32,000 nucleotides of DNA from Sedimentisphaera cyanobacteriorum. GTDB lineage: Bacteria > Planctomycetota > Phycisphaerae > Sedimentisphaerales > Sedimentisphaeraceae. Positions within the stretch are counted from its first letter, which is position 1. The number at the start of each line of letters is the position of its first letter. The notes beneath the pieces are model-generated. The model did no database searches and was not told the origin of the DNA. It was given only the letters and a program-made list of their open reading frames with translations. Made by a program: the position numbers and the translations under genes. Shown here in pieces: positions 1-7,161 of this stretch. The DNA lies in contig NZ_CP019633.1 of assembly GCF_001997385.1 (NCBI RefSeq), forward strand, positions 1,410,001-1,442,000, read 5' to 3'.

Positions 1-1
1 A

Positions 2-652
2 AGCAGGGATTTAGAAGAAAAGCTCAAATGCAGAGCCATACCTTCAGAACGGATTTTCTACTTCCCGAATGCAGTCCGCCTGGAGCCGCCAAAGGAATTT
101 CATTTCCACAGCCCACCTGTTATAGGAACAATGAGAAGACTGCATCACGAAAAAGGCTGCGATGTGCTGCTTAAAGCCTGCGGGATACTGAAGCAGAGGG
201 GAATTGAGTTTAGTCTGGTTGTCGGGGGAGAAGGCGAGCAGAGACAATCATTGGAAGATCTCTGCAGCGAGCTTGGCATTGAAGATTCAGTAAGCCTGCC
301 GGGATGGGTAAAAAACAAAGAGAAATTTTTCAGCGAAATAGATATCTTTTGTATGCCCTCAAGAAAGGAAGGGCTTCCCGTGGCCCTGCTTGAGGCAATG
401 TCTTTCGGTAAACCCTGCATTACAACAAACCTGCCCGGCCCTTCCGAGGCGATAAATAAAAATGGCGGCGGGATAATAATTGAAAAAGAAAATCCTGAAA
501 AACTTGCAGACGCCCTTGAGAAAATAATAATAAATGAAGATTTTGCAGCCGGCCTTGGCCAGAAGGCTCGGCAGACTGTACGGGATGAATACTCGTTCGA
601 GATGCAGAAGAAAAGACTCAGTGATATTTGTGAAAGAATAGTCAGGCTTTAA
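2..652 (+). CDS. Glycosyltransferase family 4 (GT-B, Glyco_trans_1 type), C-terminal part; the 5' end lies upstream of the window
   Basis: The reading frame is open from base 2, with no stop before the listed ATG at 131. The translation ...RIFYFPNAVRLEPP...PPVIGTMRRLHHEKG... and EGLPVALLEAMSFGKPCITTN match the conserved C-terminal half (E-x7-E region) of retaining GT-B glycosyltransferases. Confidence 0.85.
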   Translation, partial: SRDLEEKLKCRAIPSERIFYFPNAVRLEPPKEFHFHSPPVIGTMRRLHHEKGCDVLLKACGILKQRGIEFSLVVGGEGEQRQSLEDLCSELGIEDSVSLPGWVKNKEKFFSEIDIFCMPSRKEGLPVALLEAMSFGKPCITTNLPGPSEAINKNGGGIIIEKENPEKLADALEKIIINEDFAAGLGQKARQTVRDEYSFEMQKKRLSDICERIVRL

Positions 653-655
653 GAT

Positions 656-1681
656 ATGAGAATAGTACACTCGGATAATATAATGATCCGCCGATACGGG
701 CTTACCAAGGTATCAACCGGAAGGAAGCTTTTTAACGGCATGATCAGGAACAACTGGAAGGTGATCGAATACAGCGAGAGGGATATTGCAAAATTCGAGG
801 CTCCTCTGCATATAAAACCGCTTGGGGTGCCCGCAGCGAACAAGAAGTTTATAGAAGTTTGCAGGAACTGGAATCCTGATCTGATTATCATCGGCCACAG
901 CGACCTTATCACAAACAATACGCTGGACAGGGTGAAGGCAATTATGCCGAATGTACCGATAGCATATATAAACGTTGACCCTCCTTGGAGAGAGCGGAAC
1001 GTTAAAAAGCTGCACTGGCGAAAGAATCACGTTGATGCGATGTTTATCACTTCCGGAGGCGATTTTCTCAGGCAGTTCTGCACGGGAAGAAATATCGTCA
1101 GCTTCATTCCCAACGCAGCCGACCCATGCATCGAAGATATGGACAATTCAAAGAAGGACGAGCTCGAATATGATCTGACGTTTTGCGGCAAAGGCAGTGA
1201 AACAGACGACCGCTATCCTCTGATAGTTAATCTGCATAATGACCTCAAAGACAAGCTGAAATTTGAGACATTCGGAATCTACGGAAACCCCGCTGTATGG
1301 GGGCAGGAGTACGACAGCGTGCTTTCAAAAACGAAGATGAGCCTCAATCTGAATCGCTATGAAGGCTGGAAATATTATTCATCTGCTAGAATCTCACAGC
1401 TAATGGGCAACGGAATCCTTGCATTTATATGGGACGCAGGGCAGATGAAGGATATTATCCCGGAAAACTGCGCCGCATACTTCAAAGATGAAGATGAGCT
1501 GAAGAAAAAGATTATTGAATTTCATAACGATAACCAAATGAGAAAAGATATCGCCGGTGCAGGAAGAAAATACTACCACGATAATTTTTCCGGTCAGCAG
1601 ATTATCAAATATATCGCCGAAACAACCTTCGGCAAACCATACTCAGAAGATTACATCTGGCAGGGTGAGGTGTATAAATAA
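656..1681 (+). CDS. Putative glycosyltransferase, CgeB-like / Glyco_trans_1_2-type C-terminal domain
   Basis: 341-aa ORF starting 4 nt after the previous stop. The C-terminal region (LTFCGKGS...RYPLI...YYSSARISQLMGNGILAF...YFKDEDELKKKI) resembles the CgeB-type GT-B C-terminal domain. The N-terminal half is not recognised. Confidence 0.5.
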   Translation: MRIVHSDNIMIRRYGLTKVSTGRKLFNGMIRNNWKVIEYSERDIAKFEAPLHIKPLGVPAANKKFIEVCRNWNPDLIIIGHSDLITNNTLDRVKAIMPNVPIAYINVDPPWRERNVKKLHWRKNHVDAMFITSGGDFLRQFCTGRNIVSFIPNAADPCIEDMDNSKKDELEYDLTFCGKGSETDDRYPLIVNLHNDLKDKLKFETFGIYGNPAVWGQEYDSVLSKTKMSLNLNRYEGWKYYSSARISQLMGNGILAFIWDAGQMKDIIPENCAAYFKDEDELKKKIIEFHNDNQMRKDIAGAGRKYYHDNFSGQQIIKYIAETTFGKPYSEDYIWQGEVYK

Positions 1682-1683
1682 AG

Positions 1684-2580
1684 ATGATTGGAGAGTTGGA
1701 TAACTTTTGGAAGAAACTAAGATACTTTTCACTGCGCCACGTAAACCTCTTTCTATCCTCATTTATACTAAACTCAGACAAAAGGAAAAAGTTTCGTGAA
1801 AATGCAGATTCGCGTTTAATTGAGCATTTCAGGAAAGACATAGATAAATTCATCTCTCTTTATCCAGCAGCTTACTGCGATGAGGAAACTCTAAGAGAGA
1901 TATTGCATTCGAAAAAAAGCGTATGCAGATTTGGCGACGGCGAATTCAAGCTGATAGTTGGAGAAAGGCACAAATCTTTTCAGGATGTAAACAGTGAGCT
2001 GAATCGCAGAATGCTTGAGGTGCTAAAGAGCAATAAGCCTGATATTATTGTTGCAATATTTCCGGTCAGCGATTTTGATTCTCTTGGGAAAGTCTGGCAG
2101 AAATTTGCTGTAAGGATTGGTGATAAAGTTCTCAAGCTTTTAGAGCCCGAGCGAAAATACTATTCAGCCCTGTGCTTCAGAAATCTTCCAACTGATGGTA
2201 AATCCAAGTTTATCGAAAGAGTGCAGCTTATAAAGCAGATCTGGCAAAATAGAAAGATTCTTATTGTTGTCGGCAAGGCGGGACGGTTCACGTTCGAAAA
2301 GGAGCTTTTCAATAATGCCCGAAGTGCTGATATTGTTTATGCGCCCGCGAAAAATGCCTTCGCCAAATACGATATTATACTTAATAAAATCAAAGCCTAT
2401 AATCCAAAGGAGTATCTTGTTCTGCTGGTTTTAGGCCCAACGGCTGCAGTTATGGCTTATGATCTGGCCAAATTAGGTTATCAGGCAATAGATTTTGGCC
2501 AAATGCCCGGGACATTCAGAAGGACTAAGAAAAAACTTTTCGGCAGCGAGGATCATATCATCGAAGATTTGTTTGAATGA
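1684..2580 (+). CDS. GT-D fold glycosyltransferase (DUF1792 family)
   Basis: The motif SVCRFGDGEFKLIVGE...SFQD followed by ...ILIVVGKAG... and LGPTAAVMAYDLAKLGYQAIDFG is the pattern I associate with DUF1792/GT-D enzymes. The gene starts 3 nt after the preceding gene. Confidence 0.6.
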   Translation: MIGELDNFWKKLRYFSLRHVNLFLSSFILNSDKRKKFRENADSRLIEHFRKDIDKFISLYPAAYCDEETLREILHSKKSVCRFGDGEFKLIVGERHKSFQDVNSELNRRMLEVLKSNKPDIIVAIFPVSDFDSLGKVWQKFAVRIGDKVLKLLEPERKYYSALCFRNLPTDGKSKFIERVQLIKQIWQNRKILIVVGKAGRFTFEKELFNNARSADIVYAPAKNAFAKYDIILNKIKAYNPKEYLVLLVLGPTAAVMAYDLAKLGYQAIDFGQMPGTFRRTKKKLFGSEDHIIEDLFE

Positions 2581-3284
2581 AAATTGATTTGCTTATCATT
2601 TTGGATTTTCGTAATAATCCTTTTCGCCTTTGCCGGCAGCCAAAGCAGCAGTGCGAAAACCAGAGGCGGCTTTGAGACTGCCCTGAACTCCACAGCGATT
2701 CTGTCAACGCCCTGTTCGAGGCAGATTGAGATTCTGTGGTGGCCTTGGTCTAAGGTGTCCAGCACGCCGAAGCTGCGGCAAACCATAATGCTGATTGGAT
2801 GCTCATCTTTGTAGCCCTGTTCCCTGATCTGCTTTGAAAGCTCTTCGTATTTGCCCGCCCTCTTGCTTTCCGGGATTCGCCATTTGGGGTTTCGGATTCC
2901 GTATGCATTTTCTTTTGTTCTTATCCCCCGCTCTATCCCCATCATTCGGATTTCTTTTGCGCTTATATGATAGATGCCTGCAGAGCTGTATTTGAATTTC
3001 TTTCTTGCAAACTTAAACATACTGAGAATACTCAGGAAACGCGGCATATTATTTTTGAAAGCAATTCTTGCCGGCACATATTCTATCCCGTTTTCAGCTG
3101 CCTTGAAAGCCTTTGCTTTTCCCTTTACCAAGAAATCTGCCTCGCCTTTTTGAGCGTTTCCTATAAGCACTGCGAAATCCTCGCTGAATCTGCCCTCCAG
3201 CCTGTCCGCATCGGGGTGAACAGGCAGAGAAGCGAGGTCTTTGGGGTCCAGCTTGTATGTTTCGGATGATTTGAGAAATTTCAT
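2553..3284 (-). CDS. Hypothetical protein with a ParB N-terminal/sulfiredoxin-like (D-x-G-H-H-R) domain
   Basis: 243-aa ORF whose ATG overlaps the FkbM stop by 4 nt (ATGA). HPISIMVCRSFGVLDTLDQGHHRISICLEQGVDRIAVEF fits the ParB/Srx-fold signature. A hydrophobic segment (PPLVFALLLWLP) lies near the C-terminus. The first ~160 aa are unrecognised. Confidence 0.5.
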   Translation of the reverse strand: MKFLKSSETYKLDPKDLASLPVHPDADRLEGRFSEDFAVLIGNAQKGEADFLVKGKAKAFKAAENGIEYVPARIAFKNNMPRFLSILSMFKFARKKFKYSSAGIYHISAKEIRMMGIERGIRTKENAYGIRNPKWRIPESKRAGKYEELSKQIREQGYKDEHPISIMVCRSFGVLDTLDQGHHRISICLEQGVDRIAVEFRAVSKPPLVFALLLWLPAKAKRIITKIQNDKQINFHSNKSSMI

Positions 3285-4093
3285 TGAGTTTTATTCTTTT
3301 TATAGAGCCCGTTGCCGTTTGTTTTTCTAACAAGGTTGTAGCCCGATTTTACAAGCATGTCCTGCAGGTCTTCCTGCCAGCAGTTTTTGTGGGCAAGCTC
3401 TAATACGATTGCTTCAGGAAGCAGTTTATTCTCAGCAGCTTTGAGAAATGGGGCAAGTGCTTTATCTTCCGCACCTTCAATATCGATCTTCAATCCGCCG
3501 ATTGATTCAACTTTCAGCTCTGCAAGTATTTCTATGAGCGGCTTTGTCTGGATTTTTATCGTTTTCTCGCCCTTATTCTCATTGCATATACTTGCAATAC
3601 CGAGATTCCCGCTTACATCCAGCTCAAAGCTTTCGCCGTCTGCCGCTCCAAAGGGAGCAACAGAAACCTTTGAATCAAATCCATTGATCTTTATATTGTA
3701 ATTCAGCCTGCCTATCGCTTCAGGATTAGGCTCCACTGCTGCAACTCTGGATGCACCCTGCTTGGCTAATGTGAGGGAGTAATATCCTATATTTGCTCCT
3801 ATATCTACGAAAGTTTTGCCTGAGCAAGCCTCGCTGAGGAAATCAATTTCTTCATTGTCTTTTTCTGCTCTGGAAAAGAAAAGCTTTTTATCTGTTAAAT
3901 TGTCATCTACTTTCAGCCTGTATTTAATTCCTCTTATTTCGCAGTCGATTATAGGCCCGAAAGACTTAACCCAGTAAGAGTATAGTTTTTTTCTAACAGA
4001 ACCTCTGCTTAACCCCATCGAAATAAGGCGGGATATAAAGTCCCCTTTTGTTGTTGGTCTATACTTGCCCCAATCAGATTGTAAATCCATCAA
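3281..4093 (-). CDS. FkbM-family SAM-dependent methyltransferase
   Basis: TFVDIGANIGYYSLTLAK (SAM motif I) and GGLKIDIEGAEDKAL are hallmark FkbM-family motifs. Confidence 0.85.
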   Translation of the reverse strand: MMDLQSDWGKYRPTTKGDFISRLISMGLSRGSVRKKLYSYWVKSFGPIIDCEIRGIKYRLKVDDNLTDKKLFFSRAEKDNEEIDFLSEACSGKTFVDIGANIGYYSLTLAKQGASRVAAVEPNPEAIGRLNYNIKINGFDSKVSVAPFGAADGESFELDVSGNLGIASICNENKGEKTIKIQTKPLIEILAELKVESIGGLKIDIEGAEDKALAPFLKAAENKLLPEAIVLELAHKNCWQEDLQDMLVKSGYNLVRKTNGNGLYKKNKTQ

Positions 4094-4164
4094 TTACCTT
4101 GCTTCCCTAATAACTATTTCAATTTCAAATAAGACTGTAAAGTAAATTTCTGCAAACGGCAAAT

Positions 4165-5028
4165 CTATTCTTTTCTTCGCTTTGAGCGATTTGGCGAACC
4201 TTTAGTCTGTTTAATGCGGTTCTTGTTTCTGCTTGCGGGTCTGGTGCTGTTTTTAGCCGGTCTTTTACGTTTTGTCATTTTCCGGGGGTTTGCCGGCTTT
4301 TTGTTTTGCGGTTTCTGCATAATGAACAGGTAGTTGAAGCCTCTCAGGAAGAAGTTCTGTTCGTCTGCTGCTTTTCTGTAGTTCCCCATTTCGAGCGTTT
4401 TATTATGCCGCACAACGGAAACTATATCTTTCGGCGTGAATTTTTCCCGCATAATAGCGAAGAGCTCAAAGCCTATCGGAAAAAAGCCCTTCTTGAGCTC
4501 GAATGAATCGCAAACGTAGAGTCCGAAAAACTTTCCCGGCTTGAGTATGCGGTGAATCTCGGCTAACACCTGCCTCATTGAATCGTAGTATTCTTTTTCG
4601 CCTGCGTGGAGCTTGCCGATGCAGCGGGGGTCATCGCTGTAGTTGATGTGGGTGGAGTATGGTGGGTCTATGAAAACGAAATCCGCCTTCTCGTCCTCCA
4701 GCGGGAGCTTTCGTGCATCCACATTGAATATATCCGGCCTCGTCGGGTTTACATCATACCCGAGAGCTCTTCGCCCCAGGTCTCTGGCCACATCCAGCGT
4801 TGTGCCGCTGCCGCACATCGGGTCAACTGCCAGATCGTTCTTCTTGGTATAACGCTGGAGCAGATTCCATATCACGTAGCTCGGCGTGGCTCCGATATAG
4901 CTGGTATCGCCCTGCTCTGAGCCTCCGTAATTCTGCGATGGATAGTCCCATAGCGTGGTAACTTCCTTTTGCAGAGAAGGCTTTTCGAACCGCTGCTTTT
5001 TGCTTTTACTTTTCGGCTTTTCTGGCAT
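4165..5028 (-). CDS. DNA methyltransferase of the N6-adenine/N4-cytosine (DPPY) type, SAM-binding half first, with K/R-rich N- and C-terminal tails
   Basis: ATPSYVIWNLLQRYTKKNDLAVDPMCGSGTTLDVARDLGRRALGYDVNP (motifs X and I) is followed by FVFIDPPYS (motif IV) and HRILKPGKFFGLYV...FNYLFIMQK. The C-terminal 45 aa are K/R/P/N-rich. No restriction endonuclease candidate is adjacent. Confidence 0.7.
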   Translation of the reverse strand: MPEKPKSKSKKQRFEKPSLQKEVTTLWDYPSQNYGGSEQGDTSYIGATPSYVIWNLLQRYTKKNDLAVDPMCGSGTTLDVARDLGRRALGYDVNPTRPDIFNVDARKLPLEDEKADFVFIDPPYSTHINYSDDPRCIGKLHAGEKEYYDSMRQVLAEIHRILKPGKFFGLYVCDSFELKKGFFPIGFELFAIMREKFTPKDIVSVVRHNKTLEMGNYRKAADEQNFFLRGFNYLFIMQKPQNKKPANPRKMTKRKRPAKNSTRPASRNKNRIKQTKGSPNRSKRRKE

Positions 5029-5295
5029 AAAGGATTATTTTAGCAATCCCCGCAAAATTGCAATCTTTTCTGTGCCTGATTAGTCGCCGAGAGAGACATA
5101 AAAATCCGCAGGCTGCACTGACTACACGATTTTTTAATGTATTTAAAACATTGATAATAGACAACTTGCAAACAATCTTCGCTGTCCTGTCCGAATCATA
5201 CAATTCACATCGCCGCAGAACACGCTAAGGGGTATATATTTTTAATGAAAGGCCAAGCATTTTAGGATTGCTAAAGAAAGCTTAGCTGAAAAAAA

Positions 5296-5889
5296 TTACT
5301 TGAGCGGCCAAGCATCCGGGCAGTAATCCATCCAGTAATTCGCTAAGACGGCAGAATCCAGCATATCTACATTGAAATCCTGATTCAGGTCTCCGGGACA
5401 TTTCATTTGCTTGAGCCAGTCATCTGCAAAGCTGTAGAGGTCTTCCAAGGACACCCTGCACGCCTGGACGGCATCCGAAACAGCAAAGTTTACCCAGCCG
5501 ATATTCTCGCCCCATGCCCAGCCTGAAAACTCGCCGTCCGAATCGATGGTTACCCCTCCGCCGTTAGGGGCGAAATTGATCCAGCCTGCGTTTTCAGCCC
5601 AAGCGAAGCCTGAGAGATTTCCGCTGCCGTCGTTTATAACGCCTCCGTAATTCGAAGGCGAGAGGTTTATCCAGCCGATGTTCTCTGCCCACACAAACCC
5701 CTGTACTGAATCAGAAGAGACTTGCACGCCGCTGCCCTGAGCGGGCTGAAAATTGAGCCAGCCGGCATTTACGCTCCAGGCATACTGACTGCCGTCTTGG
5801 TATGGGTCTATATTTTCAGCGAAACAGAAAAACCCGGCTGCAAGAATCAGAAAGGCAAGGGCAGAAAGCTTTAATATATAAGTATTCAT
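5296..5889 (-). CDS. Secreted repeat protein: four ~30-aa W-x-E-N-x-G-W-x-N-F repeats plus a dockerin-like C-terminal motif
   Basis: Signal peptide MNTYILKLSALAFLILAAGFFCFA. Repeats are AWSVNAGWLNF / VWAENIGWINL / AWAENAGWINF / AWGENIGWVNF, each followed by a G-rich linker. The C-terminus GDLNQDFNVDMLDSAVLANYW is dockerin/EF-hand-like. An AAAGGAA RBS lies 33 nt after the upstream gene. Confidence 0.7.
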   Translation of the reverse strand: MNTYILKLSALAFLILAAGFFCFAENIDPYQDGSQYAWSVNAGWLNFQPAQGSGVQVSSDSVQGFVWAENIGWINLSPSNYGGVINDGSGNLSGFAWAENAGWINFAPNGGGVTIDSDGEFSGWAWGENIGWVNFAVSDAVQACRVSLEDLYSFADDWLKQMKCPGDLNQDFNVDMLDSAVLANYWMDYCPDAWPLK

Positions 5890-5922
5890 TACAGTTCCTT
5901 TCTTTTGAACAGCCCTTGGCGA

Positions 5923-6978
5923 TTACGGAGCATGATTCGTTCCCACTGTACTGCTGCTGTCGGTATAAATGTTCGAAATGCCATTATCTACGGCTGCGTT
6001 GCTGTCGATATAACCATTGCCGGAACAATGGATTCCGTAGCTTGTGTTGCTGCAGGCAACATTATCTACAAACAGGCAGTTTTGAGCCCCGTGGATTCCG
6101 CCGGTTCCGTTTTCATTAGCGGTATTGCCCTTGATGCAGCAGTTATCTGAAGCATAAATGCCGTAAACTTGGTTTGATGAAACAACATTTCCCTCAATCC
6201 TGCATCCGTCGGCATTTGTATGAATTCCATATTCATCATTGCTGCAGGAAACATTATCCTTGATTATGCTTGCCCCATAGCTCACTATTCCTGAATCGCC
6301 GTTTAAGCAGCACCTGTTGCCTGTAACAATATTCCTATTGTAAGCAACTATCCCTTTATCAGCGTTGTTAACAACTGTATTATTTCGTACAGTTCCGCCT
6401 CCCATAATCAGAATACCATCGTTGCTGTTGTCTCTGATTATGCAGTTTTCGACCAAATGCTCACTGCCTGTGAGGCTTAATGCATCAAAAGTGGGATAGC
6501 CGGGTCCCGTTCCTGAAATAGTTACGCCGGAAATTTTATGCCCTTTCCCAGTCCCGGTCCTGTTGAATTCTGCTATTCCGCGTAGAGAGAAGCCTGTAAT
6601 CGTTCCGTTCAAGACAGCAACATTGCTGCAGCTCTGCATGAGTATTCCAGTACCCGTAGAGCCGTCTTCCGCTGAGAGGGTGTATCCGCATAGGTCTATC
6701 GTAACGTTTCCCACACCTGAACCGAGGTAAATGCCTGTGCCTGAACATACTCTATTGCCGGTGAGGTAGTATGAGCCCGAACCATCAATCTGAAATGTGC
6801 TTACAGGCTCATCAGAGCCCGAGATGGGGATTCTCGGCTCAACCTCATCAAGGGTTTTCATTGTGCCTGAAGAGGGAGGGGAAGACGGCTCCAGCTCGCC
6901 TGCGGACAAAACTGCCGGATAAAGCACCATAAGAACAAAGGCAATAGGAATGCACGCTAACACTTTTGTGAATTTCAT
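5923..6978 (-). CDS. Secreted right-handed parallel beta-helix repeat protein (pectate-lyase/NosD-like fold)
   Basis: Signal peptide MKFTKVLACIPIAFVLMVLYPAVLSA. An N-terminal TLDEVEPRIPI...GSYYLTGN segment is followed by many ~22-aa turns (NGTITGF, CIIRDNSNDGILI, NTVVNNADKGIVA, GNVVSSNQVYGIYA, GNTANENGTGGIHG, etc.). Confidence 0.8.
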   Translation of the reverse strand: MKFTKVLACIPIAFVLMVLYPAVLSAGELEPSSPPSSGTMKTLDEVEPRIPISGSDEPVSTFQIDGSGSYYLTGNRVCSGTGIYLGSGVGNVTIDLCGYTLSAEDGSTGTGILMQSCSNVAVLNGTITGFSLRGIAEFNRTGTGKGHKISGVTISGTGPGYPTFDALSLTGSEHLVENCIIRDNSNDGILIMGGGTVRNNTVVNNADKGIVAYNRNIVTGNRCCLNGDSGIVSYGASIIKDNVSCSNDEYGIHTNADGCRIEGNVVSSNQVYGIYASDNCCIKGNTANENGTGGIHGAQNCLFVDNVACSNTSYGIHCSGNGYIDSNAAVDNGISNIYTDSSSTVGTNHAP

Positions 6979-7062
6979 TTTGAATTCCTTTCATAAAAAC
7001 AACTCTTGAAATTTGCGGCATTACAATAACCGCTGAATATTCAAAGTACTATCACAGCTTAG

Positions 7063-7105
7063 CACAAATAAAAACCGTTTCAAGTAAAACCACACTGAAA
7101 CGGTT
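7063..7105 (-). terminator. Intrinsic terminator downstream of the GH53 gene
   Basis: Perfect 10-bp stem AACCGTTTCA (7073-7082) / TGAAACGGTT (7096-7105). On the minus strand it is followed by TTTTATTTG. Confidence 0.6.
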
Positions 7106-7161
7106 CGATTAACGGAAAAACTGTAATAAATACCAGCTGCTTGAAATCCAGCTTAAACTGG

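Noticed and set aside
3357-3701. A plus-strand 114-aa ORF. Similar antisense ORFs lie at 4306-4506, 4606-4920, 4643-4852, 5802-6150 and 2584-3269.
   Set aside because: All are antisense to genes with strong family signatures (FkbM, DNA MTase, beta-helix protein, ParB-like protein) and show no features of their own.
5078-5087. The 10-mer ATTAGTCGCC, identical to the sppA-IS junction/terminal repeat (ATTAGTCGCC at the right end). This raised the possibility of a solo IS end.
   Set aside because: The similarity stops after 10 nt and includes flanking (non-IS) bases, with no further IS-like sequence. It is most likely chance or a shared target preference.
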